Part shown: one piece after another, positions 20,866-30,700 of the stretch | How the letters are laid out: each line of letters begins with the position of its first letter | Position numbering within the stretch: position 1 is the first letter of the stretch | Assembly: GCA_947623935.1 (NCBI GenBank) | Contig: CANQIE010000001.1 | Coordinates: 4,169-68,168 of the forward strand | Reading direction: 5' to 3' | DNA: 64,000 nt | Source of the DNA: an uncultured Bacilli bacterium | Lineage (GTDB): Bacteria; Bacillota_I; Bacilli_A; RF39; UBA660 | The notes under the pieces: generated by a model | Database searches by the model: none | Told to the model about the DNA's origin: nothing | The model's input: the letters and a program-made list of their open reading frames with translations, nothing else | Position numbers and translations under genes: made by a program

Positions 20866-20955
20866 CAAAAATTTTTATCATAAAAAAAGCAGACTATATT
20901 TTTTATCATTGTCTACTTTTATCATATTACATAATACAGAGTGATTTTTATTATT

Positions 20956-21795
20956 TTATGTACTTGGTGCATCTACTGCATAAACGTGTAATTTTACTGC
21001 AAATGTTTTACCGTTAGTTCCTTTGTCCTCAGATGAATATTTTGCTGTTCCTTTTTTTTGCCCTTCTTCAGCATTTTCTCCATATACAGGATCATCACAT
21101 GGAACTTTGTGATCTGCTTCTGGAACATCCTTGTCATACTCAAGATTTGTACACATATCAGGTTTCATCATAGTTTCTTTTTCTTCTTCGCCTTCCTTGT
21201 AATGGTCAGACATCCACATTAGAAAACGATAATAATGATGACCACTTACACTAAAACTATCAGTATGTAATGTCTTAAGTGTGCCAACAGTCTTACTAGG
21301 ATCTTTAGTCGAATTAACTAATTCATCAAAATAAGTTGCTGAATCTGTTGTATTTGTATAGTTGCTATTGGTTTCACTTTTCTTCAATAAAACCTTTACA
21401 TATTTAGAATCTAATGTTTTACGTTCACCCGCTCCTTCAACTGCAGATAAAGAAACATTTTCTACTGCAATTTCATAGTTAATTTTTACATTTCCGGTGA
21501 TTGTTGACTCAACATTAAAATCAAAAGCCTGTCCTGCACCTGTTCCATAAGTCTCTCCAGTAGCCACTGTATCTGCTATAGGTAAAGCATTCTCAAGTTT
21601 AATACCTGGATTTGGTTCGTTATACTTAAATACTAAAGTACCAGTATTAATCGTATTGGTAGTTGTTCCTTGTCTTGAATAAGTAAAGAATGCAAATGAC
21701 ACTCCTACTACTGCTACCACCAAAATAGCTACGGCTAAAACTGATAATAAAACTTGACTTGTTTGATGACTGTTATTATTTTTTTCTTCGTACAT
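20956..21795 (-). CDS. secreted TasA/CalY-like SipW-cognate protein, paralog A (tandem duplicate)
   Basis: first 58 aa and entire 5' UTR/promoter identical to paralog B; C-terminal domain diverged but keeps HHYYRFLMWMSDHY and GTNGKTFAVKLHVYAVD. Confidence 0.55.
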   Translation of the reverse strand: MYEEKNNNSHQTSQVLLSVLAVAILVVAVVGVSFAFFTYSRQGTTTNTINTGTLVFKYNEPNPGIKLENALPIADTVATGETYGTGAGQAFDFNVESTITGNVKINYEIAVENVSLSAVEGAGERKTLDSKYVKVLLKKSETNSNYTNTTDSATYFDELVNSTKDPSKTVGTLKTLHTDSFSVSGHHYYRFLMWMSDHYKEGEEEKETMMKPDMCTNLEYDKDVPEADHKVPCDDPVYGENAEEGQKKGTAKYSSEDKGTNGKTFAVKLHVYAVDAPST

Positions 21796-21861
21796 CTTTC
21801 TTATCCTCCTTATCATAATTAGATTATAATAAAGTTAACCCCCCCCAGTCAAGTAATTTGA
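21622..21861. repeat. 240-bp direct repeat copy 2 (promoter + 5'UTR + first 58 codons of paralog A)
   Basis: identical to 20626..20865. Confidence 0.85.
21823..21852 (-). promoter_or_regulatory. second copy of TTGACT-G8-N10-TATAAT promoter (C8 on plus strand 21839..21846)
   Basis: identical to copy at 20827..20856. Confidence 0.55.
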
Positions 21862-21880
21862 TACAAAATATTTGATTGAC

Positions 21881-21904
21881 AAAAAAAGAATGCTCCAAGC
21901 ATTC
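21881..21904 (-). terminator. rho-independent terminator downstream of yabE-like gene
   Basis: minus strand GAATGCTTGGAGCATTC hairpin followed by TTTTTTT. Confidence 0.55.
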
Positions 21905-21914
21905 CTAAATTCTT

Positions 21915-22502
21915 TTACCAACCCCAACGAAGTATTTCGTAGGAGATATTATATTGTCTACCAATAGGGGCTGTAACTTTTTCTGATTCAAACAATAAAT
22001 CCATAGTTAATCCTTTAATAGCACTTCCACGATCAAGCGCAATGGCTATAATAGGTTCACTACTAAAGCGGAAGTTTGATATTTTTACAATAGTTCCACA
22101 CGGAATCACTGGATCAGTGGCTACAATTCGTATAGTTCCATAAGTTGCATCGTTAAAATAGATATTCCCATCTCGTACATCTTGTCTTGGAGGACATCCT
22201 ACTCTTCCTCCACATCCTTCACAATCGGGACCATAGCCTGTGATAGTACCAGTAAAAGTAATAGGACCAATAGGACCTTGCTCCTCTATTTCAGCAAGAC
22301 TTGATACATATAGAGGTTTATTACTATCTAAAATAGCATTATATTTCGATACAATGTGAATAGCTTCTAAAGATTTAGTACGATTAATATTATCTGTTTT
22401 AATTACTTCACGTTGATTACCAGAAGCAATAATTAAAAGAATTACTGCTATAAAGGAAATGAGAAGAAAACGATTCTTCATGGCTACTAAAAATTGTCTC
22501 AT
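21915..22502 (-). CDS. 3D-domain (MltA-like) cell-wall-binding protein, YabE/YuiC-like
   Basis: N-terminal TM, C-terminal TGYGPDCEGCGG...VATDP...IALDRGSAIKG...D 3D-domain pattern; position after tatD as yabE in B. subtilis. Confidence 0.65.
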   Translation of the reverse strand: MRQFLVAMKNRFLLISFIAVILLIIASGNQREVIKTDNINRTKSLEAIHIVSKYNAILDSNKPLYVSSLAEIEEQGPIGPITFTGTITGYGPDCEGCGGRVGCPPRQDVRDGNIYFNDATYGTIRIVATDPVIPCGTIVKISNFRFSSEPIIAIALDRGSAIKGLTMDLLFESEKVTAPIGRQYNISYEILRWGW

Positions 22503-22531
22503 ATCACACCTCTATTGTTAAATAGAGCATA

Positions 22532-23293
22532 TCACATCTTTTTCGTTAAGTCAAATAAACGATGGGTATTTGTTAAAGTTATTTTAGATACTTCTTCTAG
22601 TGTTATTTGTTTAATATCCGCAATTCTTTGCGCAATAACAGGGATATTCCAAGGACCATTCTTTTTTCCACGATAAGGTTCAGGAGCCAAATAAGGACTA
22701 TCCGTTTCTAAGAGTATTTTTTCAAGAGGAAGTTCTTTGACCGTTTCATGTAGTTTGCTATTTTTAAAAGTAACAACGCCTCCAATTCCAAAATAAAAAC
22801 CTAATTTTAAAAAAACTTTAGCCATTTCTAAACTTTCATTAAAGCAGTGGAGAACACCTACTACGTTATATTCTTTAATAATATCATAAGTATCTTGAAT
22901 AGCATCTCTTGTATGAATAACAACAGGAAGATGATACTTTTCAGCGAGTGCTAATTGTTTTCTAAATAAGTCAATTTGCTTATTTCTATTTTCTTTTCCA
23001 TAATGATAATCAAGTCCTATTTCTCCTACGCCTACACAAGAAGAAGCTTTGATTTTTTCTTCTAAAAACTTTAAGTCCTCATCAATTACAGAGTCCGCAC
23101 AATCAGGATGGTATCCCAAAGTTAAAAATACATCTTCTTCTAGTGATGCAATTTTTAAAACTTCTTCCATTTCTTTTCTATTACAACCACTTACAATAAA
23201 AGGGGAAACTTGATTTTTTCTTGCTTCATTTAAAACTTCTTGATAATCATCATAACTATCGCTTCCTAAATGAAAATGAGTATCAATAAACAT
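22532..23293 (-). CDS. tatD: TatD-family metal-dependent DNase (YabD)
   Basis: MFIDTHFHL N-terminus, 253 aa TatD hydrolase fold motifs. Confidence 0.9.
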   Translation of the reverse strand: MFIDTHFHLGSDSYDDYQEVLNEARKNQVSPFIVSGCNRKEMEEVLKIASLEEDVFLTLGYHPDCADSVIDEDLKFLEEKIKASSCVGVGEIGLDYHYGKENRNKQIDLFRKQLALAEKYHLPVVIHTRDAIQDTYDIIKEYNVVGVLHCFNESLEMAKVFLKLGFYFGIGGVVTFKNSKLHETVKELPLEKILLETDSPYLAPEPYRGKKNGPWNIPVIAQRIADIKQITLEEVSKITLTNTHRLFDLTKKM

Positions 23294-23604
23294 ACAATTC
23301 CTTCTTTCAGCAATAGTATATCATAGAAAAAGAATGACTAAAAATCATTCTTTACTTAATACTACATAATACGTAAAACCAAAAAGCAGAATTACGCCAA
23401 AAGTGAAGTCTAGCAGGCATCCATCAATAAAAGGAAGTACTTTAATAATGATGGATATCAGCACACATCCTAACAAGGTGTTTCTAAGGCTTCGTTTCAT
23501 GTGTAATAGTTTCATCGTCTTGTTCCCTTTCTATTCTTTTTGAGCAACTACTTTCTCACTATAACATAATAGAAAAAGGAAATAGAAGTTTTTTCTTCTT
23601 TATT

Positions 23605-25170
23605 TTAGGAGTTTACACCTGTGTGCGACAAGAAAACATTAATTTCTTCCATTTTCTTGTTTTTATCAAGACGCATAAAGATAGGTTTTGCCTCTTGGAC
23701 TTCATAGGCATTATCTTCTTTATACGTTAAAGTATCATCCGTAGTTCCTAATTGACTTAAGATTTCTTTACTGGTATCCGGTAAGAAGGCTTCTAGTAAA
23801 TTAGCACATACACGAATAGATTCTAATAAATTGTATAATACCGTTGATAGAAGGGCTTGCTTACTTTCATCTTTGGCAAGAGCCCAAGGAGTAGTATCAT
23901 CAATATATTTATTACTGTTACGTAATTGGTTCATAATTTCTTCAAGAGCATTTCCAACTTCTAATTTATTCATCTTTTTATCCACTAAAGTTGGTAGATT
24001 CTTGATATGATCAATAAAGCTTTCATCAAATTCGGTTGTTTGACTCGTACGACTTACTTTTCCATCAAAATATTTATGAGCCATTGAAATCGTTCTATTG
24101 ACCAAATTTCCTAAAACATTCGCAAGATCGCTATTGTAACGTTCAATGATTAAATCATAAGTTATATTTCCATCGTTGGCAAAAGGCATCTCATGTAAAA
24201 CATAATAACGAATAGCATCGACTCCAAATAAATGCACTAAATCGTCGGCATACATAACGTTACCTTTACTTTTACTCATTTTATCGTCTTGAAAAAGCAT
24301 CCATGGATGACCAAAGACTTGTTTTGGTAAAGGTTCACCTAGCGCCATTAAAATAATAGGCCAATAAATAGTATGAAATCGAATAATATCTTTACCAATT
24401 AAGTGTAAATCGCAAGGCCACCACTTGTTGTACTCTGAACTACTACCATCGACATCGTAACCAATGTTCGTAATATAATTGGTTAGTGCATCAATCCAAA
24501 CATAGACTACATGTTTTGGATCAAAATCTACTGGAATTCCCCAAGAGAAACTAGAACGCGAAACACATAAATCTTGTAGACCTGGTTTGATAAAATTATT
24601 AATCATTTCATTCTTTCTAGATTCAGGTTGAATAAACTCTGGATGAGATTCAATGTAATCAATTAATTGATCTTGGTATTTTGATAATTTAAAGAAATAC
24701 GCTTCTTCTTCCGCTTTATGAACTTCTCTTCCACAATCGGGACATTTGCCATCCACTAATTGACTCTCCGTAAAGAAAGATTCGCAAGGAGTACAGTATA
24801 ATCCTTTATAAGTTCCTTTATAGATATCCCCTTGTTCATAAAGTTTTTTAAAGATTTTTTGTACTTTTTTAACATGTTCTGGATCGGTAGTTCTTACAAA
24901 ACGATCATAGCTTGTGTTCATAATATCCCAAATCGCTTTAATTTCACCTGCTACTTCGTCGACATAAGCTTGAGGAGTAATACCTTTTTCTTTAGCTTTT
25001 AACTCAATTTTCTCCCCATGTTCATCGGTTCCCGTTTGAAAATAAACTTCGTATCCTTTTTTTCTTTTGTACCTAGCAATGGCATCTGCTAAAACAATCT
25101 CATAGGTATTTCCAATATGTGGTTTCGATGAAGTATATGCAATTGCCGTACTAATGTAAAATTTTTCCAT
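23605..25170 (-). CDS. metG: methionyl-tRNA synthetase (short form without C-terminal tRNA-binding domain)
   Basis: HIGH-type (SKPHIGN) and KMSKS (KMSKSKGN) motifs, zinc knuckle CTPCE...CPDCG. Confidence 0.95.
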   Translation of the reverse strand: MEKFYISTAIAYTSSKPHIGNTYEIVLADAIARYKRKKGYEVYFQTGTDEHGEKIELKAKEKGITPQAYVDEVAGEIKAIWDIMNTSYDRFVRTTDPEHVKKVQKIFKKLYEQGDIYKGTYKGLYCTPCESFFTESQLVDGKCPDCGREVHKAEEEAYFFKLSKYQDQLIDYIESHPEFIQPESRKNEMINNFIKPGLQDLCVSRSSFSWGIPVDFDPKHVVYVWIDALTNYITNIGYDVDGSSSEYNKWWPCDLHLIGKDIIRFHTIYWPIILMALGEPLPKQVFGHPWMLFQDDKMSKSKGNVMYADDLVHLFGVDAIRYYVLHEMPFANDGNITYDLIIERYNSDLANVLGNLVNRTISMAHKYFDGKVSRTSQTTEFDESFIDHIKNLPTLVDKKMNKLEVGNALEEIMNQLRNSNKYIDDTTPWALAKDESKQALLSTVLYNLLESIRVCANLLEAFLPDTSKEILSQLGTTDDTLTYKEDNAYEVQEAKPIFMRLDKNKKMEEINVFLSHTGVNS

Positions 25171-25184
25171 TTCTTTTTCCTCCT

Positions 25185-25435
25185 AAAAAAAGATGACTTA
25201 TTATGTTAAGGACGGATCTTTTCCGCGGTACCACCTTAATTTATAATAAATCATCTTATTATACACTTTCTAAAGTTAACGCCTATCTTACGTTTTCGCC
25301 TACCTATCGACGAAAAAGTTCCGAAGCCATATCCATTTGAGTCATCTTTCCTTGCTTTCACCTAACCAAGGTCTCTTTTTTAAAGAATCAATCAAAGGAC
25401 TCTTCATCAAAACTTTTGAATATGGCTAGATTATA
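25185..25435 (-). promoter_or_regulatory. T-box riboswitch leader upstream of metG
   Basis: minus strand contains T-box sequence AATTAAGGTGGTACCGCGG (plus 25223..25240); terminator halves AAGATGATTTATTAT / ATAATAAGTCATCTT flank it, followed by U-run and metG RBS; ATG-containing candidate specifier region GAAAGATGACTC further 5'. Confidence 0.65.
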
Positions 25436-25447
25436 ACATAATTCAAA

Positions 25448-25978
25448 TTATTGTTCAAGGTGTTTCGATAAAAATTGTGTAATAATCGTAACCATGTGCT
25501 TTTCGGTATCGGTAATATTTTTTTCCGGTTCATAAAGAATAACTTTTCCTACGGCATCCCCATTTACAAGAATAGTTGATCCATAGAAGTAACCTTCTTC
25601 AAATAGTCCATCTGATATCTCAAACTTCGTCTTGAGATGAGAATTTAGTTCTTTCTTATCGACAATGTTCTCTTCTAAAGTTCTAGATAAACTTCTGCCT
25701 AAATATTTTTTTCTTAATGGAAGAGAGCATCCTAATACCTCATCTCGATCCGTTATAATAACGGAGGCATTTAGTGATTGATACACGGCATCGGCTAAAG
25801 CCTGTGAAATATCTTCCATATCGTTCATTGGTGAATATTTCTTTAAAGCAATCATATCTTTATCCACAAATATTTCCAATGACTCACCATCCCTAATCCG
25901 TAAACTTCTGCGTATTTCTTTAGGAACGACGATTCTTCCTAAATCGTCTATTCTTCTAACAACTCCGGTTGTTTTCAT
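25448..25978 (-). CDS. spoVT: stage V sporulation protein T (AbrB-type N-domain + GAF-like C-domain)
   Basis: MKTTGVVRRIDDLGRIVVPKEIRRSLRIRDGESLEIFVDKDMIALKKYSP is near-identical in pattern to B. subtilis SpoVT; located after mfd as in Bacillus; ORF-track N-terminal extension to 26116 rejected. Confidence 0.8.
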   Translation of the reverse strand: MKTTGVVRRIDDLGRIVVPKEIRRSLRIRDGESLEIFVDKDMIALKKYSPMNDMEDISQALADAVYQSLNASVIITDRDEVLGCSLPLRKKYLGRSLSRTLEENIVDKKELNSHLKTKFEISDGLFEEGYFYGSTILVNGDAVGKVILYEPEKNITDTEKHMVTIITQFLSKHLEQ

Positions 25979-26160
25979 AAAATCCCCACTTTCCTTACAA
26001 TATCTAGTTTTCCAACAAAAAGAATGTTTATACCTAGAATATATTTTTTTACTTTTTACTGCTTCATAAATATTATAAGCATTTTTTGGGCAATTTTCTT
26101 TGGAAATATTTACCAATAGTTTACAATCGTTTAAAAATAAGGCTTTTATGGCCTTATTTT

Positions 26161-26775
26161 TTAATTACTGTTTGGTAGATTGTGGAAATGTTTATAGTTA
26201 TCGAGGGCATTATTGATAAGTGTTTGATTTCGAATATGCATTTGTTCTGTGGTACGATTAACTAATCTTCTTACTAAATTATCTTTTAAGTAATTCATAG
26301 TACGTTCTAAAACAAAAGTGCTTTTTTCTATAGGTATCTCTTTTTGACAAAGTGCTTCAAGTAAAGGAAAAACATCATTATCAATATAAGTAATCAAAAT
26401 GTTCTTTAAAAAAGTTTCAAAATCACTTTTCGTTGAAACGACATACGAACAGTAGTCATCAAAAGTAGCAATGGTAAGAGAATTAGCCATTGCAAGAAGT
26501 TCTTTTCGTTTGTCTTTAATGTATTGTTTCGTCTCTTTGATATAAATTTTACCTAAAGAGAGCAAAAATTCATTTTGTTCATTACTCTTAAAATCGGGAT
26601 TGATATCACAAAAAATGGAAAGCATTTTTGACTTTGCTCCAACCATTTCAAAATCTAAAATATTTTGTAAGCTTAACGTAAGACTATCTAGATTGTTACT
26701 GATATCGAGTTGTAATTTACGTTTCAATATTTCAAGATTTTTTTCCTGAAATTTTTGTTTTAACTCTTCGTCCAT
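26161..26775 (-). CDS. hypothetical protein
   Basis: 204-aa ORF, no motif recognised. Confidence 0.4.
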   Translation of the reverse strand: MDEELKQKFQEKNLEILKRKLQLDISNNLDSLTLSLQNILDFEMVGAKSKMLSIFCDINPDFKSNEQNEFLLSLGKIYIKETKQYIKDKRKELLAMANSLTIATFDDYCSYVVSTKSDFETFLKNILITYIDNDVFPLLEALCQKEIPIEKSTFVLERTMNYLKDNLVRRLVNRTTEQMHIRNQTLINNALDNYKHFHNLPNSN

Positions 26776-26845
26776 TATTTCCCTCTATTCTTTTTGATTA
26801 GAATAATCATATCAATTTATGCGTACATCGTCAATTATCGAAAAA

Positions 26846-27712
26846 TTAAAGTGGATTGACATGGACAATCGCTTTTTGCACACATTCCATCTCATTTTGA
26901 ATCTTTTTTTCAAGTTCATCCGCAATATCATGACTCTTCTTAGTCGATAGTTTCCCACTTACAAAAATAGTAAGTACAACAATATAATCGTAACCCACTG
27001 GGACGGAATAGATTTCATCTACTTTTTTAACTTCTTTCATCGATAAAACTATTTCCTTTAATTTTTCTTTATCCTCTTCTTTTAAAGAGGCATCCATTAA
27101 TACACGATAACTTTGAATAAAAATTTGCGTTCCTGTATAAAAAATCCAAATAGAAATACCGATTCCCACAACACCATCTACAAAATGGATATGAAAATAA
27201 CTAAATATAATCGACATCATAGTAAATAAAGAAATGATGAAATCATTTCGATGATCATACATCGTAGATGAAATTAAGACATTGGGATATTTTTGATAAA
27301 GTTTACGCGTATAAAGAAATAAAGAAATTTTAACGACAATGGTAATAAAAGAAGCAAGAAGTAAAGGAATTGAGAAAATGACACCTTGTTTTCCTAGAAT
27401 AGATGAAACGGAATCTAACAATATTTTAAGGGATAAGCCCATCATGGATAGACTAATAAACATCGAGAAGATATATTCGGCCTTGCCATGACCAAAATTA
27501 TGGTCTTCATCCGATGGAGCTCTAGCAATCTTGTTACCAATGGTGGTCATGATCGATGCAAAAATATCACTTGCACTATTGAGCGCATCGGCAATCATAG
27601 CTTGACTATGACTAAAATAACCAACAATCGCCTTGATAATTAGAAGAAAAGCATTCCCAATAATACCCGTAATTCCTACTTTTTTCGTAGCTTCATAACG
27701 CATTTTGTTCAC
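26846..27712 (-). CDS. cation diffusion facilitator (CDF) family metal efflux transporter
   Basis: six TM helices, HGHGKAEYIFSMFISLSM and C-terminal cytoplasmic domain typical of CzcD/FieF. Confidence 0.8.
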   Translation of the reverse strand: MNKMRYEATKKVGITGIIGNAFLLIIKAIVGYFSHSQAMIADALNSASDIFASIMTTIGNKIARAPSDEDHNFGHGKAEYIFSMFISLSMMGLSLKILLDSVSSILGKQGVIFSIPLLLASFITIVVKISLFLYTRKLYQKYPNVLISSTMYDHRNDFIISLFTMMSIIFSYFHIHFVDGVVGIGISIWIFYTGTQIFIQSYRVLMDASLKEEDKEKLKEIVLSMKEVKKVDEIYSVPVGYDYIVVLTIFVSGKLSTKKSHDIADELEKKIQNEMECVQKAIVHVNPL

Positions 27713-27757
27713 CTTCGTTTTTCATATTTATAGTATATAAACTTTTTAAAAGAAAAG

Positions 27758-30700
27758 TTACTCTTCATCGATGACTTTCAAAATATCGATAAGGTAATAG
27801 ATATAATGCTTTTCTAAGTGAATCGTATCTAAAATGATAGCAAAACAAGGTCCTCTTACCCCAAAGCGGAACATATTGCTTATTTTCATCGCTTCCATAA
27901 AGACTTTTTCGCCATCAATTTTCTTCGTTTGTTCTTCACTAAAAATCATCTCAATCGAATTACGATTTTGTCTTACTTCGATAATATTTAGTTTCTTAGC
28001 TAGTTTCTCAAACCATTCTTCATACATGTAAATGAGCATAGCCTCATCAATTTTACCAAAGCGGTCTTCTAATTCTTCCTTGATAGCTAATAATTTTGAA
28101 TAAGAATCAATTTCATTAATTTTCTTATGAATTTCAATTTTCAAATCAGTATCTTCGACGTACTCATCGGCAATATGAGTTTCAATATCCAAATAAGGTT
28201 TGGTATCTTGGACTTCATCGGTAACCGTTTTTTCACCTTTTAAGTGGGCTACTTCTTCATCGAGCATTTTTAAATAAAGATCTATTCCAACTGTATCAAT
28301 GAAACCAGCTTGTTCAACACCTAGAATATCTCCTGCTCCACGGATAGATAAATCTCTAGTAGCAATGGAAAAACCGCTTCCAAGTTCGGTAAACTCTTTA
28401 ATGGCATTGAGTCGTTTAATTGCACTTTCGGTTAACATACGATTTCCTTGGTACATGAGATAAGCATAGGCAATCTTGTTACTTCTTCCAACACGTCCTC
28501 TAATTTGATAAAGTTGAGCAAGACCAAAACGATCGGCATCAATAATAATTAACGTGTTTACATTGGGCATATCTATTCCCGTTTCAATAATCGTGGTACA
28601 AATCAATACATCAAATTCATGATTTTGAAAAGCCATCATTTGGTTTTCTAGTTCATTCTTACTCATTTGTCCATGTGCATAATTAATCCTAGCTTCTGGA
28701 ACTAATGCTTGAATTTCACTCACCTTTTGTTCAATGTTCATAACTCGATTATAGAGTAAAAAGACTTGTCCATTACGCGCTAACTCTTTATAGATCGCAT
28801 CTTTGATAATTTGATTATTCTCTTCTAACACATACGTTTGCACAGGATATCGATCCATTGGAGGCGTCGTAATAAGCGAAAGACTTCGAATTCCTACCAT
28901 CGACATCTGTAACGTTCTTGGAATAGGTGTTGCTGTAAGAGTCAAAACATCTACATTGGATTTGTATTTCTTAATTTTCTCTTTATGAGTAACACCAAAA
29001 CGTTGTTCTTCATCAATGACTAAGAGACCTAAATCTTTAGGTCTAATATCATCGCTTAATAAACGATGCGTTCCAAAAACCAAATCTATAGAACCATCTT
29101 TTAAACCTTCAATAATTCTTTTTACCTCTTTTGGAGTCGTAAAGCGATTTAATAAAGCCATATTAACCGGAAAATGTTGAAATCTTACTTTAGCATTTTC
29201 ATATTGTTGATTGGAAAGAATTGTTGTAGGACAAAGATAAAGCACTTGCTTTGAATCTAAGATCGCTTTAAAAATGGCACGAAAAGCCACTTCTGTTTTA
29301 CCATAACCAACATCCCCACAAAGCAAACGATCCATCGGATGAACCGATTCCATATCTTCTTTAATTTGACTGGTGGACAACAATTGATCTTTTGTCTCTT
29401 CGTATGGAAATTCTTTTTCAAAATCGATTTGTAACTTGTTATCCGGACTAAAAGCAAAACCTTTTTTAAGTTCACGTTCAGCATAAAGACGTAATAATTG
29501 ATCTGCAATATCTTTAATTCTTCCCCGAACACGATTTTTAACTTTCTTCCATTCTGTTCCCCCTAATTTATTAATTTTAGGAACTCTTCCTTCGTTACCT
29601 GAATATTTACTAATTAAATCTATTTTTTCTACTGGAATATACAATTTATCATTACCTTGGTATAAAAGTTCCAAATAATCTTTCTTTAAATTCCCTTTCG
29701 ATAAGGTCTTAATTCCATTATAAATACCGATTCCATGGACATAGTGAACAATATAATCACCAATTTCCAACTTATTAATATCTTTAATTTTAGAGGCATA
29801 TTTAAAGTTCGTTTTATAGATCTTTTTAGAAACCACATTTTTAAAGAGTTCTTTGGCGGTTAAAAAGATATAGTTTTTGTAAGTAAAACCTTGATTCATA
29901 TCGAAAGAAACAATGTTGATAGCACCTTCAATAATATGATCCATACTAGCTTCTACATAAGGAACCGTTAAATATTTAACAAAATTAGAAATCATGTAGC
30001 CTTTAAGACAAATAACAATCGTCTTTTTTAAATCGTGTTGTTCTTTTAAATAACGATTAATCGCTTCCACATTTTCATTAAAAGGTAAAATTCCTTTGGC
30101 TTCAAAGTTTAGTAATTTAATATTTTTATCATGCCCAATATTATCAATCGAATAATAGTAACTCACTTCTTTAGGATTAAGTTTTAGAAAATCAAAAAAG
30201 TATTCTCCTTTAAAATCTGTATCTTTATCGTTTTGATATTCCATAACTTCTTGTAAAGTAGAAGTATAACTTACTTTCATTTGATTGTAATCTTTATAGA
30301 TAACTTGTGGTTCATCTAAATAATCCATAAGAGATGCAATCTTGTTAGAATACGTAGGTAAGTATTTTTGTTTCGTTTCATCGATGGTATCATCATCCAC
30401 TAAAAATTCAGAATAAGGATAAATGGAAATAGCATCGATCTTTTCAATCGATTTTTGTGTATCTTCATCAAATAGACGAATCGACTCAATGGTATCCCCA
30501 AAGAATTCAAAACGAACAGGATGACTATAATCAATCGGAAAAATATCAATAACAAAACCACGAATACCCATTTCTCCTGTTTTGGTAACCAATGTTTGAG
30601 GAACATAACCGATATGATAAAGTTTTTCTTCTAACGTTTTAGGATCAATTTCGTCGTTCACATGTAACTCAATAATACTTTCTTGGTATTTTGCTGGCGT

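Noticed and set aside
25979-26116. N-terminal 46-aa extension of spoVT given by the ORF track
   Set aside because: SpoVT homologues start at MK(A/T)TGIVRRIDDLGR; the extension is Cys/Lys-rich junk upstream of the true RBS
29257-30606. minus-strand ORFs 29257..29532 and 30400..30606
   Set aside because: out-of-frame ORFs fully inside mfd
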